Positions 48,722 to 58,767 of a stretch of DNA of 64,000 bases are shown here, piece by piece. The notes beneath the pieces were generated by a model. It did no database searches, was not told the origin of the DNA, and worked only from the letters and a program-made list of their open reading frames with translations. This stretch comes from Acaryochloridaceae cyanobacterium OTE_25_metabat_464 (GTDB taxonomy: Bacteria > Cyanobacteriota > Cyanobacteriia > Thermosynechococcales > Thermosynechococcaceae). Where the stretch lies: assembly GCA_031362245.1 (NCBI GenBank), contig JANLSD010000014.1, positions 23,235 through 87,234 of the forward strand, written 5' to 3'. Each line of letters opens with the position of its first letter. Positions within the stretch are counted from its first letter, which is position 1. The translations under genes were made by a program, and so were the position numbers.

Positions 48722-50320
48722 ATGAATCATCGATCGCAGTACTCGATCCAGCGTCAGATTCCGATTGTCTCGGTTCAGCAGATGCGGGACATTGAGTCTC
48801 GGCTGTTTAAAGCGGGTATGCCCATTGCTGCGCTGATGGAAAAAGTGGGGGGACTGATTGCAGATCGCATTCAGTCCCTTTTTCCGTTAGCGGCTTTCCC
48901 CTGTATCGGGTTTTTGGTAGGGCCAGGACATAATGGAGGCGATGCTCTGGTTGTCGCGAGAGAATTATATTTTCAGGGCTACCAGGTTCTGATCTATCAA
49001 CCCTTTGAGCGTTGTAAAGACCTGACGGCAGCGCATGCTCAGTTTGCAAAGTCACTTCTTTCGATTCCCTTTTGCGCTTCAGTAGAGGATCTGGCTTCCT
49101 GTGATGTTCTAGTCGATGGATTGTTTGGATTTGGGCTAGAGCGAGTGTTGGATGGAGATATCGCCACAACAATCCACACCACCAATCAATGGGCAAAACC
49201 TACCATCAGCATCGACCTACCTTCAGGCATTCATACAGACACGGGTGAAGTGTTGGGTGTGGCAGTCCGAGCCACCCATACGCTCTGCCTTGGACTTTGG
49301 AAGCTAGGATTAGTCCAAGATCCTGCTCTGGAATGGATAGGACAAGCTGAACTGATAGATTTTGATATTCCGTGGGCCTGTGTTGATGCGGTGTTGGGCG
49401 ATCCCATTCCCACCCAGCGACTGGTTGCTTCGCAGATGATGCAGCAGTTGAGTTTGGAGATCTCGCCCACTACCCACAAATACAAACAGGGTCATGTTCT
49501 GCTCGTCGGCGGTTCCCAGAAGTATCCCGGCAGTATCGTTTTAGCGGGGCTTGGCGCACGCGCTTCGGGGGTGGGAATGCTGACGATCGCAGTTCCCTCC
49601 AGTCTCAAGTCCTTGGTGGTAGCGCGGCTTCCTGATGCAGTGGTCATTGGCTGTGCTGAGACAAAACATGGGGCAATCGCTCACCTACCGGAAGATCGGG
49701 ATTTGGAACGGTTTGATGCGATCGCCTACGGCCCTGGCGTAACGACGGAATCTACGGCCGTTTTGGAGCAGATTTTAGGATCTGAGCATCCGTTGATTTT
49801 GGACGCAGATGGCCTGAATCTGTTGGCAACGCTAGGCGTAGCGCACCTGAAAGCCTGTAAATCCATGACCGTATTAACCCCCCATGCTGGTGAATTTCGG
49901 CGGTTGTTTCCATCACTAACGGAAGCTTCAGCACTGGCAGCCGCGCAGCAGGCCGCGCAACACTGTGGCGCGGTAATCGTGAGTAAGGGCGCTTGTACGG
50001 CGATCGCCTCCCCCACTGGACAACTCTGGATCAATACAGAAAGCACTCCTGCACTTGCACGGGGCGGCAGTGGAGATGTTTTGACCGGATTGATGGGCGG
50101 CTTAATGGCTCAAGCACAGCGGCAGGGGCGATCGCTGGAGGGTGCGGTTCAGGGTGCAGTTTGGTGGCATTCCCATGCTGGACGGTGGGCTGCACAGCGC
50201 TATACGGACAGGGGCGTGAATGCAGAGACCCTAGCAGAATCGCTGTTACCCTTTATGGCTGGAACACCCGATTTGCCCCTAGGCAGTGGCGACACTTTAC
50301 GGCATTCTTATAGACGATAG
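48722..50320 (+). CDS. nnr: Bifunctional NAD(P)H-hydrate repair enzyme Nnr (epimerase/dehydratase)
   Basis: YjeF_N ([11 protein letters not shown]) plus the C-terminal carbohydrate-kinase-like domain (GGSGDVLTG). The start is uncertain: the ORF opens at 48644 inside the psaL hairpin. Confidence 0.85.
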   Translation: MNHRSQYSIQRQIPIVSVQQMRDIESRLFKAGMPIAALMEKVGGLIADRIQSLFPLAAFPCIGFLVGPGHNGGDALVVARELYFQGYQVLIYQPFERCKDLTAAHAQFAKSLLSIPFCASVEDLASCDVLVDGLFGFGLERVLDGDIATTIHTTNQWAKPTISIDLPSGIHTDTGEVLGVAVRATHTLCLGLWKLGLVQDPALEWIGQAELIDFDIPWACVDAVLGDPIPTQRLVASQMMQQLSLEISPTTHKYKQGHVLLVGGSQKYPGSIVLAGLGARASGVGMLTIAVPSSLKSLVVARLPDAVVIGCAETKHGAIAHLPEDRDLERFDAIAYGPGVTTESTAVLEQILGSEHPLILDADGLNLLATLGVAHLKACKSMTVLTPHAGEFRRLFPSLTEASALAAAQQAAQHCGAVIVSKGACTAIASPTGQLWINTESTPALARGGSGDVLTGLMGGLMAQAQRQGRSLEGAVQGAVWWHSHAGRWAAQRYTDRGVNAETLAESLLPFMAGTPDLPLGSGDTLRHSYRR

Positions 50321-50342
50321 ACGAATAGGCATGAGGTTTGAC

Positions 50343-51053
50343 ATGAGTACAGGGGCAGACGCCGTTAAGGTAATGAAACAGCAGGTCGGCAAAGCAGCGG
50401 CTGACCGTGTGCAGTCCGGTTCCATTGTGGGCCTTGGGACTGGCTCCACCACTGCCTATGCCATTCAGTATTTGGGCGATCGCATTAAGTCCGGTGAACT
50501 CACCGATATCAAGGGCATTCCTACTTCGTTTCAGGCGTCTGTCCTCGCCAAGCAGTACGGCATTCCCCTGACCACTCTGGATGAAGTGGATCGGATACAC
50601 ATTGCGATCGATGGAGCCGATGAGGTCGATCCCCAGAAAAATCTAATCAAAGGCGGTGGCGCTGCCCACACCCGTGAGAAAGTGGTGGACTCCCTCGCTG
50701 AACTCTTTATTGTGGTGGTAGATCAGTCCAAAATAGTGACGGCGCTAGGGTCTACTTTCCCCGTGCCCGTTGAGGTGTTGCCCATGGCGATCGCCCCTGT
50801 TACCCGCGCATTAGAAAAGCTGGGCGGCAAGCCAGAACTCCGCATGGGCGTCAAAAAAGATGGCCCCGTCATTACCGACCAAGGCAACATGGTATTGGAT
50901 GTAACCTTTGCTTCCATCCCTAACCCTGCTGAACTGGAGAAAATCCTCAACAATATCCCAGGCGTTCTAGAAAACGGCATCTTTGTGGGCGTCACCGATA
51001 TTGTCTTGATTGGAGAAATCCAAAACGGACAGCCCATTGTGCGTGAAATGTAG
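50343..51053 (+). CDS. rpiA: Ribose-5-phosphate isomerase A
   Basis: [19 protein letters not shown] and [11 protein letters not shown] are RpiA motifs. Confidence 0.88.
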   Translation: MSTGADAVKVMKQQVGKAAADRVQSGSIVGLGTGSTTAYAIQYLGDRIKSGELTDIKGIPTSFQASVLAKQYGIPLTTLDEVDRIHIAIDGADEVDPQKNLIKGGGAAHTREKVVDSLAELFIVVVDQSKIVTALGSTFPVPVEVLPMAIAPVTRALEKLGGKPELRMGVKKDGPVITDQGNMVLDVTFASIPNPAELEKILNNIPGVLENGIFVGVTDIVLIGEIQNGQPIVREM

Positions 51054-51077
51054 TCAATAGATTGATTGGGTATTGGA

Positions 51078-51359
51078 TTAATCTGCATGATCCTGTTCAT
51101 CTTCAGAGATAAGGATAGACTTACCAATACCCAATTGCTTTTTGCTCTGCTTAAGGCTTTTAAATAAATCTTTGATTTGCCGATAGGCTTCAGCACTGGT
51201 AATTTTGCCATTGGTTTCCAATGCACAGATAAACCCAACCTGTGCGGCAAACTCCTGAAGATTGGAGTTAAAGACCAAATTTGTTGGGGTAAACTCACCG
51301 TAATAGCGGCTGCGAGGCCGGAGAAATTCATCCTTACTGGGGGTTTGATCCTTAGACAT
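51078..51359 (-). CDS. Small conserved-looking hypothetical protein (93 aa)
   Basis: ORF with plausible coding character and no motif. Confidence 0.45.
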   Translation of the reverse strand: MSKDQTPSKDEFLRPRSRYYGEFTPTNLVFNSNLQEFAAQVGFICALETNGKITSAEAYRQIKDLFKSLKQSKKQLGIGKSILISEDEQDHAD

Positions 51360-51827
51360 GTCGTTGAGTTTTACTCCTAAAGTGAACTTTTGATGAATTC
51401 ACTACTTGTTTAACTTCACTATGACATTTTTAGAGTAGGCTGGCTTAGCCTAGATCAACGGAAAGTTATGCGCTGAAATTGGACACAACAATCCTTGATC
51501 TAGGTCAGTATGCATCATCATAGATCATCAGCCACTGGAGATTCATGGCTGATGAAACATCTTATTTAAAAAGCTCATCACTACTCCAGCAGCGTCTTAT
51601 GGGCACTGTTCTCTTAGACCGTGGAACCCGTTAAGCCTTGATATATGGGACGACTTTTAGGCCTTCTTACTTGAAATACTTAAAAGCCTCACTGCACAAG
51701 CTGTTTGGACTGCTTATCACGGATTAGTTAAGCAGTGTCAGTTAGCCAGAACTAATTGTCGCTCAAAGCTATAAGTTCCCCCTGAGTGGTTAGGTGCATT
51801 TCTTCCTAAGAATAAAGCGACTCTCAT

Positions 51828-52607
51828 CTAAGCCTTTGCTAAAAAATAAACTTCCCAAGAACTGAATCCAGGCATGGCATTTGTAATCCACTCATTGCAT
51901 TGAAGCAACTCAAAATTGTGTTTCTCTAAAAGCAGCTTTACTTCTGGTTGAAATAAATATCGCATTCGATGTAGTTCATGAAAATGATTAGATGTTAAAT
52001 CATTCTTATCAGTGATGATTATTTCATAGTTGACATCAACTAAGTTCTCATTAGGTAGCAGGACTGGCTCTGCGATGCGAAGCATACTGACTTGTTTGTT
52101 TTCTAATCGCTTAATTCTGGTGGTGGGGCGATCGCTCAAAACACCAGGCCCGTACCAACAATCAAACAGAAAAATGCCCCCAGGCTTCAAATGCGCTTTT
52201 GCAGTTGCAAATGCCGCACTGAGGTCTTCATTGGATGTTTGATAACTCATTACATGAAAAAGTGAAATTACAGTATCATATTTTTTCTCGATCTGAATTG
52301 TTCGCAAGTCACCTTGCTTAAATTTTATATTTGAATCAATATATTGAGAGTTTTTTCGAAGCTGTTCATTTGCTATTGCTATCATTTCAGGACTAAGATC
52401 TATTCCATTAACCTGATATCCTTTCTCTGACAAAATTATTGCATGCTTCCCTGTTCCACATCCCAATTCTAAAATTGACTCCAATTCAGGCTGAACCTGA
52501 CTTAAAAGTGAGAGGATATAGTTTACCTCGCCAACATAGTCTTTGTCTTGATAAATTAAGTCATAATATTGTGCATAATTCTCTCGAAAATTCATACAGC
52601 TTTGCAC
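51828..52607 (-). CDS. Class I SAM-dependent methyltransferase (AT-rich cassette)
   Basis: ILELGCGTGKH motif I and LKPGGIFLFD. Confidence 0.75.
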   Translation of the reverse strand: MQSCMNFRENYAQYYDLIYQDKDYVGEVNYILSLLSQVQPELESILELGCGTGKHAIILSEKGYQVNGIDLSPEMIAIANEQLRKNSQYIDSNIKFKQGDLRTIQIEKKYDTVISLFHVMSYQTSNEDLSAAFATAKAHLKPGGIFLFDCWYGPGVLSDRPTTRIKRLENKQVSMLRIAEPVLLPNENLVDVNYEIIITDKNDLTSNHFHELHRMRYLFQPEVKLLLEKHNFELLQCNEWITNAMPGFSSWEVYFLAKA

Positions 52608-52697
52608 CTTGAAACTAAACAGACTTATAGAGAGATATTCTTTTTAGATCTAGAGAGAATGGAAGCTTAATATCAACAAAATCTCTGTAGATTATTT

Positions 52698-53819
52698 TTA
52701 TAGATTTGAAAAAATTTTCTTAAGTGATTCGAAAACTTGATTGATTTGCTGCTCAGTCAGGGTTACTCCACTGGGTAAGTAAAGACCTCTTTGAGAAATT
52801 TGTTCAGCAATGGGACAAGTAACATTGTTAAAAAGACCCATATTTAAAAACACAGGCTGTAAATGAATAGGCCAGAAAAAAGGGCGTGACCCTATATTCT
52901 GTTCCCGCAAAAGATTCATTACCCCTTTTGCATCAATTAGAGTGTTTTCTTTTAGAACAATACTATAAACCCAGTATATATTTTGGGCATAAGAAGTTTC
53001 AGCAAGGGGAATCTGTAGGCAAGATAAATCCTTGAGTAAGGCCGTGTAGCACTGACCAATTTGTCTCTTTCTTGCGACAAATTCATCAATCCGTTCTAGT
53101 TGAGCAACACCCAATGCAGCTTGGAGATTGCTCATACGATAATTCCAGCCCAGTGCATGATGAATGAAGCGCCGTTCGTTTTGCATACAAAGGTTGCGGA
53201 GAGATCGACAGCGTTCTGCTAACACCTCGTCGTCAGTTAGAATCATTCCACCTTCGCCAGTTGTTATATTTTTATTTGCATAAAAACTAAACAGACTTAG
53301 TTCACCAAAGCTTCCGCAAGGACGATTCTTATAAGTTTGACCATGGACTTCAGCGGCATCCTCAATAATCATTAATCCATATTTACTTGCCAACGCCAAA
53401 ATTGGATCCATATCCACAGGCAAACCATAAATATGAACCACCATAATGGCCTTTGTTTGAGACGTGATTTTTGATTCTACCTGAGTGATATCCATATTCC
53501 ACGTATCAGGACAACAATCCACAACGACTGGTGTTGCACCACATCTGACAATTGCTGTTGCACAGGAAATAATGGTGAAGGTTGGCAAAATAACCTCGTC
53601 ACCAACACCCAAACCTAAGCAAGAAACTGCTATGTCTAATGCCGCAGTGCCACTGCTGACCGCAATGCCAAAACGTCTGCCAACATAGGCAGCAAACTGT
53701 TGTTCAAGGCGGTCTACAAACGGGCCTTCGGATGATATCCAGCCGCTATCGATACATTCATTTAAATACTTCTTTTCATTCCCATCGAGAAGGGGTTCGC
53801 TAACAAGAATTGGTTTCAT
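52698..53819 (-). CDS. DegT/DnrJ/EryC1/StrS-family sugar aminotransferase
   Basis: 373 aa with typical N-terminus (EKKYL.ECIDSGWISSEGPFV..LE..FA), PLP-Lys region FSFYANKNITTGEGG. Confidence 0.88.
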   Translation of the reverse strand: MKPILVSEPLLDGNEKKYLNECIDSGWISSEGPFVDRLEQQFAAYVGRRFGIAVSSGTAALDIAVSCLGLGVGDEVILPTFTIISCATAIVRCGATPVVVDCCPDTWNMDITQVESKITSQTKAIMVVHIYGLPVDMDPILALASKYGLMIIEDAAEVHGQTYKNRPCGSFGELSLFSFYANKNITTGEGGMILTDDEVLAERCRSLRNLCMQNERRFIHHALGWNYRMSNLQAALGVAQLERIDEFVARKRQIGQCYTALLKDLSCLQIPLAETSYAQNIYWVYSIVLKENTLIDAKGVMNLLREQNIGSRPFFWPIHLQPVFLNMGLFNNVTCPIAEQISQRGLYLPSGVTLTEQQINQVFESLKKIFSNL

Positions 53820-54259
53820 CGGTGTAACTGCTCAGTGCTTTCGGGGGGTAAACCTTCAAAACAAGTTTTGTCTTGTTCTCCTAGGTAAGGGCCTTGCTTT
53901 ACCTCGATCATCTCCACCTCTTCTAAGATTTCAAATCCATGTCCCCCCATGATGAGTATAATAACGTCTCCAGATTCTAAAATACGACTTTCTAAGTATT
54001 TTTGTTTTTCCGTATAAAAATCAACTCGTAATCGACCTTTTTTGATGATCAAGACTTCTTGAGTTAACTGCACCTCCCGAGAAATATGATTGTGGATGTG
54101 GGGTGGGATCATTTTTCCCGCCGAATAATGCATGTATGCAAGTTGTTGGCTGAGTTCGGAGGGAGTAAAGAAATGTATACCTTTCTCCTTAAACTTGTTA
54201 GAAATAATAATCGAAAATAGAGAGTTCTGGTACTTAATTTCTTCTATCATTGTAGACAT
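53816..54259 (-). CDS. Cupin-fold protein, possible sugar keto-isomerase (WxcM/FdtA-like)
   Basis: 147 aa with PPHIHNH...GHGFE cupin metal motifs. It overlaps the aminotransferase start by 4 nt. Confidence 0.5.
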   Translation of the reverse strand: MSTMIEEIKYQNSLFSIIISNKFKEKGIHFFTPSELSQQLAYMHYSAGKMIPPHIHNHISREVQLTQEVLIIKKGRLRVDFYTEKQKYLESRILESGDVIILIMGGHGFEILEEVEMIEVKQGPYLGEQDKTCFEGLPPESTEQLHR

Positions 54260-54463
54260 ATTCTAATATCTTTATAAATCAAACTGCTGTATCTTTACAA
54301 TGTCTGCATCTTTTGAGAGTAGTATTTTTTTGCAGATTATTAATGAGAAAATAACAACACAAATGCTTGTGGCTTAAGGAATATCAGATACTCCTATCAT
54401 ATGTATTAGGGTGAGAGAAATTGCCTAAATCTCCTGTCAAGCGAGGGCCAAAAAACGTGCCGA

Positions 54464-55036
54464 TTAAGAGGTTTGCATTCCATAATTGTTGACGGCTATC
54501 CAAAGACCAGAGATCCCTAAAATACTACCTAAAGTACTCCAGGCTTGATATGAATACCCTTCTTGATACGCCCCATAAATTTGTCTGGGGATAGATAGCA
54601 AAAAACATAGAATGATCAGTAGCATTGCAACAATGACGGCACTAGGTATATCCATTACGGCTGAGAAAGCTGTTACATTGACTACCCTTTGCCTTGAAAT
54701 AAGGGAAAAGGCGGCAAGGCAAACTCCACCTGTCGTAAAAGACAGAATAAGTAATGAGTAAAATGTATCTAATATCGCATATTGTGCAACTTTTTTGTCG
54801 TTCTTACTATCAACTGAGGCAAGAATATTAGTGAGACTGCTTGCTAATCCGAGGTCAGCAATACTAGCCCAGCTTAAAAAGCTACTGAGAATCAACCAGA
54901 TTGCAAAACGTTCGGTACCCAAATACTGAACAGTTAGTGGAATTGATATTAAGCCAGCACCTGAAGTAATGCCTCTAGAAACTAGAGTTGCACCTTCTGT
55001 AAGCATTGCTCGAAAAGTTCTATTTTTTGAGGACAT
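54464..55036 (-). pseudogene. Polysaccharide flippase (Wzx/MOP-type) N-terminal fragment, apparently truncated
   Basis: The 190 aa cover only about 5 TM helices (SGAGLISIPLTVQYLGTERFAIW...). Full-length family members are usually over 400 aa. A non-coding gap of about 200 nt follows. Confidence 0.45.
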
Positions 55037-55184
55037 CTAGGACATTGAGCGCAGGTATCGCCTTTCTGAGTCTTTTCTGATACAGCTTAGTCTTTTTTAC
55101 AACACATTTGCCAAATTTTAGCTATCAAAACTCAACTGCTCTAAAAATGATATTGAAGCGATCTATGTTTGTGAGGCTATTTTG

Positions 55185-55946
55185 TCAAAAAAGATCTAGG
55201 TGAGCTACTTGAGCAAAGTCAAAATTGCCCATCTCCCAATCCGCTGGGACAAGCTGCTCTATTTTTAAATTGCTGCGCGAAAGATCCGCGCCCAGAATGC
55301 GGGTGTGAAACAGTTTTGCGCCAGAGAAGTTGGTGCGGTGCAAATTGGCCCAGGAGCAATTGGCTGCGGACAAATCCGCCTCAATGAGGGTTGCACCCAG
55401 CAGATAGGCTCGGCATAAGTTTGCTTCTCGCAAGTTGGCATGGCTTAAATCGGCTCCATAAAGCTGAGCACTGATCAGAACTGCGCGGTGGAGACTGCTA
55501 TGGCGCAAGATGGCCTGACAGAGATTTGCCTCTGTTAAGTTGGCGTTGCTGAGGTTGCTACGGCTGATCTGTGCCCCATCTAAACTTGCTTGCTTAAGGT
55601 TTGCATTGCGTAAATTGGTGCCAATGAGATTGGCGCAATGTAAATCCGTTCGCAATAGATTAGTGTCTTGTAAATTAGCCCCAATGAAGTTGGTGTGGGA
55701 GCAGTCAGCCCTCTGGAGGAAACACTTGGAGAGATCGGCGAGGGCAAAATTTGCTCCTACACAATTCGATTTCTCCAGATTTGCGCCTACTAAATTTGCA
55801 TTGCTGAAGTTGGCTTCGCTTAGGTTTATCAGGCCAAGCTCCAGATAGCTAAGGTCTGGAATGATGTGGGGATGCTGCGATCGCCAATGATTCCAGCCTT
55901 CAACGCCGTCTGTTTTGAGTATTGCCAGATGGTCTAAATTCGCCAT
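55185..55946 (-). CDS. Pentapeptide-repeat protein
   Basis: 253 aa, almost entirely A(D/N)LxG/A(N)L pentads. Confidence 0.85.
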   Translation of the reverse strand: MANLDHLAILKTDGVEGWNHWRSQHPHIIPDLSYLELGLINLSEANFSNANLVGANLEKSNCVGANFALADLSKCFLQRADCSHTNFIGANLQDTNLLRTDLHCANLIGTNLRNANLKQASLDGAQISRSNLSNANLTEANLCQAILRHSSLHRAVLISAQLYGADLSHANLREANLCRAYLLGATLIEADLSAANCSWANLHRTNFSGAKLFHTRILGADLSRSNLKIEQLVPADWEMGNFDFAQVAHLDLF

Positions 55947-56602
55947 TATTCTTTTGCGGTTTGCCGTGATTGAGTCAGGTCAGGATGTGCCCGTCCTGGG
56001 GTATTTTCCATCGAACTAATGACGGCTCGCATGGCTGCCATAATGTCTTGTTCTTCGCCGCCTAAGTACAGCCGTCCAAAGGCTCCCACGGCCTGGACTT
56101 CTAGGATATTAATGAAGGCTGCTTTTTCGGCTTCATTGGCGGCTAGAGCTGCATAGGCCGCAGGCTGAACTTCCATCACGTAGAGGGCTTGGCCTGCCAT
56201 CAACATCTGGCCCCGTGCCATGCGGTTGATGAGCTGGGCTTGGTGGGCATCAATATTGCGAATCACCTGACTGGACACCACATTAGGTCTCAGGCAGTCT
56301 TCTCTTCGTACCCCTAGGGCATTGAGGATGGCGCGGGAGGCTGCTTGGACATCGGCTTGGCTGCTGGCATGGACTTCCATGAGGCCAAATAAGCGTTCTA
56401 CAAACTGAACGGCGGGTCGAACGACGGCAGACTTAAGGGCCACATCCATGATGCGGTTGATTTCAATACCAGGGGAAATTTCGATCCAAAGCGAGGTGTC
56501 TCCTGGCAGGGGTAAAAAGCCAGAGGCGATGGTTCCCATGTAGGCGGCGTGTTGTGATTGCAAGCTATCTATATAAACGTAGCTTCGTAATTCAATGCCC
56601 AA
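55946..56602 (-). CDS. ccmP: Tandem-BMC-domain carboxysome shell protein (CcmP-like)
   Basis: 218 aa; [24 protein letters not shown]...[26 protein letters not shown] closely matches my recollection of CcmP. Confidence 0.7.
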   Translation of the reverse strand: MGIELRSYVYIDSLQSQHAAYMGTIASGFLPLPGDTSLWIEISPGIEINRIMDVALKSAVVRPAVQFVERLFGLMEVHASSQADVQAASRAILNALGVRREDCLRPNVVSSQVIRNIDAHQAQLINRMARGQMLMAGQALYVMEVQPAAYAALAANEAEKAAFINILEVQAVGAFGRLYLGGEEQDIMAAMRAVISSMENTPGRAHPDLTQSRQTAKE

Positions 56603-56769
56603 GTGTTATGTCTCCCTCGCGCCACACGTTATAGCCCGCAATCATTGAGTTTACCCCGTCACCGTCCCCGATGCGAGTGATTTTGCAGCCTGATGGGTAG
56701 GGGCGCACATGCATTGCGCCCTCACGGGGGTGACAGTCTCTTGTTGAAGAAAAATAAGGGGTTGTTATC

Positions 56770-56897
56770 GTAAGGGATGGGTCTCATGGTAAATTACTGA
56801 AGCTTAACGTCGGGAAAGTCCGGTGAAAGTCCGGCGCTGTGCCGCAACTGTAAGGGATCTGCCTCACTCAGATACCCAAGTCAGAATGCCGACGCGG
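56770..56897 (+). promoter_or_regulatory. Cobalamin (B12) riboswitch
   Basis: Core GGGAAAGTCCGGTGAAAGTCCGGCGCTGTGCCGCAACTGTAA plus B12-box-like AAGTCAGAATGCCGAC, directly 5' of the cobG start. Confidence 0.75.
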
Positions 56898-58436
56898 ATG
56901 GCCTTTGAGAGGTCATCATCCATTTTCTATTCTCTGCGCTGCACGGGGAAGGAGTCTCTATTGTTGTCTGAATTGATTGCCCCGACTGCTGTCACTTGTC
57001 CTGGCTTGTTTTCTCCTACCCTGGCCCAAGATGGGGTGTTGTCGCGGATTCGGATTCCTGGTGGGATCTTGAATGGGGAGCAGTGTGCGGCGATCGCCAC
57101 CCTATCCAACCAATACGGCAATAGCCTTGTCCAAGTCACCAATCGCGCCAACCTTCAACTGCGCGGGCTGAAAACAAAATTACCCAGTAATGCGCTTCAG
57201 CATCTGCAAGCTGTCGCCCTCGCTTCACCCATCCCAGAGCTGGATGGGATTCGTAATATCATGAGTAGCCCCACGGCGGGGATTGATCCGCAGGCGCTCG
57301 TGGATACGCGCCCTTTGGTGAGGGAATGGAATCGCACGCTCATGAGTCGGCCTGATTTTGCGGTGCTGTCGCAGAAGTTTAGCGTTTGTTTTGATGGGGG
57401 TGAGGCGGTTGGTGTTGGCGATCGCCCCAATGACGTCACCCTAGTGGCAACCAAGATTGAGGACAGTATCCAGTTCAGGCTGCACTTAAGTACAGGAGAA
57501 CGGGGTGAATCACCTCAGGATGTTGGGGTGAGTGTGAAGGAGGGGGAGGCGATCGCCCTGCTCACGGCTTTAACTGAAGTTTACCGAGACTATATATTGC
57601 AGCAGTCTAGCCAAAGGAAACCGCCACGACTCAGAACGTTGCTGAGGGACTGGGGTGTGGATCGCTATCTTAAAACCATCAGTCAGCAGATGAATTTTCC
57701 TTTGAAGACAGAAAACTGGCATAGACTCAATGCTATCCCCTATGCCCATTTGGGGATTCATCCGCAACGACAAGCGGGTTTCTCTTATGTTGGGGTGAGT
57801 TTACCCTTAGGCCAGCTTCAAACTCAGCAATTGCAAGCGTTAGCGCACCTTTCGGAGCAGTTTGGAGAGGGTAGTCTGCGTTTAACCCCTTGGCAGACGG
57901 TCATTGTCCCAAATGTTTTGACCTCACAAGTGGCTCAAGTTCAGCAACAGATTGAAGCCTGTGGACTCCAAACCTGTGCGACCCATCCCAGTAGTGCGAT
58001 GGTGGCCTGTTCTGGGGCTTCAGGTTGTAGTGCAGCGGTGGCGAATACGCAGCGTCATGCTCAAGTGTTGATGGCTTATCTAGGGCGATCGCTTGTACTG
58101 GATCGCCCCGTCAATATTTACTTCAGTGGCTGTGATAAGTCCTGTGCTCAGCATCAAGCGGGGGATATTACCTTGGTGGGGATTCCGGTTGAGGAAGGTG
58201 AGGCGTACCAACTCTATGTTGGATCTGAGGGTTCTAAGTTTGGTCGAAGGCTCGATGCGTTGATTCAGCCAGATGCGTTGCCCGAAAAAATTGAGGAGAT
58301 GATTCGGGTTTATCAAAGGCATCGGGTGGGGGTGCAGGAGTCCTTTGGGGCGTTTGTGGGGCGGTTTGCGATCGGCGAGCTGCAATTGTTGTTTGATTCG
58401 GTATTGATGGTGGATGTAGAAGTCTGGAATAATTGA
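56898..58436 (+). CDS. cobG: Precorrin-3B synthase (CobG, sulfite/nitrite-reductase-like)
   Basis: CPGLFSPTLAQDGVLSRIRIPGGIL N-terminus and Fe-S Cys cluster CSGASGCSAA...SGCDKSCAQH. The track ORF begins at 56823 inside the riboswitch, so ATG at 56898 (or 56886) is preferred. Confidence 0.75.
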   Translation: MAFERSSSIFYSLRCTGKESLLLSELIAPTAVTCPGLFSPTLAQDGVLSRIRIPGGILNGEQCAAIATLSNQYGNSLVQVTNRANLQLRGLKTKLPSNALQHLQAVALASPIPELDGIRNIMSSPTAGIDPQALVDTRPLVREWNRTLMSRPDFAVLSQKFSVCFDGGEAVGVGDRPNDVTLVATKIEDSIQFRLHLSTGERGESPQDVGVSVKEGEAIALLTALTEVYRDYILQQSSQRKPPRLRTLLRDWGVDRYLKTISQQMNFPLKTENWHRLNAIPYAHLGIHPQRQAGFSYVGVSLPLGQLQTQQLQALAHLSEQFGEGSLRLTPWQTVIVPNVLTSQVAQVQQQIEACGLQTCATHPSSAMVACSGASGCSAAVANTQRHAQVLMAYLGRSLVLDRPVNIYFSGCDKSCAQHQAGDITLVGIPVEEGEAYQLYVGSEGSKFGRRLDALIQPDALPEKIEEMIRVYQRHRVGVQESFGAFVGRFAIGELQLLFDSVLMVDVEVWNN

Positions 58437-58525
58437 TGAGTATAAGTTTTAGCACCTTGCAATACCCCACGCTTTTCCGATTGCGTAGCTGTCCAAAAAG
58501 CGTTGAGGCTACGGCGTACAATCCT

Positions 58526-58712
58526 GCATTAGCCCCCCCAGCCCCCCAATTCTGGGGGGAGATCGTCGAAGTGGACGGGATGCGTTTTGAATTTCAGAGA
58601 GAGTACTTCTTATGCAGTGAGGCTTATCCATATCTCGAATCATTGAATGACTCAATGACCAATGGATGTCATCCTTCTCCCCCCAGAATTGGGGGGTCGG
58701 GGGGGCTAATGC
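58526..58712. repeat. MITE-like palindromic element (35-bp terminal inverted repeats) in the cobG-cobH spacer
   Basis: GCATTAGCCCCCCCAGCCCCCCAATTCTGGGGGGA (58526-58560) pairs with TCCCCCCAGAATTGGGGGGTCGGGGGGGCTAATGC (58678-58712), 33/35 complementary. There is an inner palindrome TCATTGAATGACTCAATGA. Confidence 0.6.
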
Positions 58713-58767
58713 AGAGTCTTTCTAAGAAATCCTTTCTGTATTTAGACTCTGGGGCGCAAGGATAACC

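Noticed and set aside
50723-51331. 202-aa minus-strand ORF
   Set aside because: It is mostly antisense to rpiA, whose identity is certain. Only the separate 93-aa ORF at 51078..51359, in a different frame, is kept as a low-confidence gene.
58433-58765. 110-aa ORF between cobG and cobH
   Set aside because: It reads straight through the 35-bp inverted repeats of the MITE-like element; the PPAPQFWG and PPRIGGSGG stretches are translations of the C/G runs. It overlaps the cobG stop and has no motif, so it is most likely not a gene.
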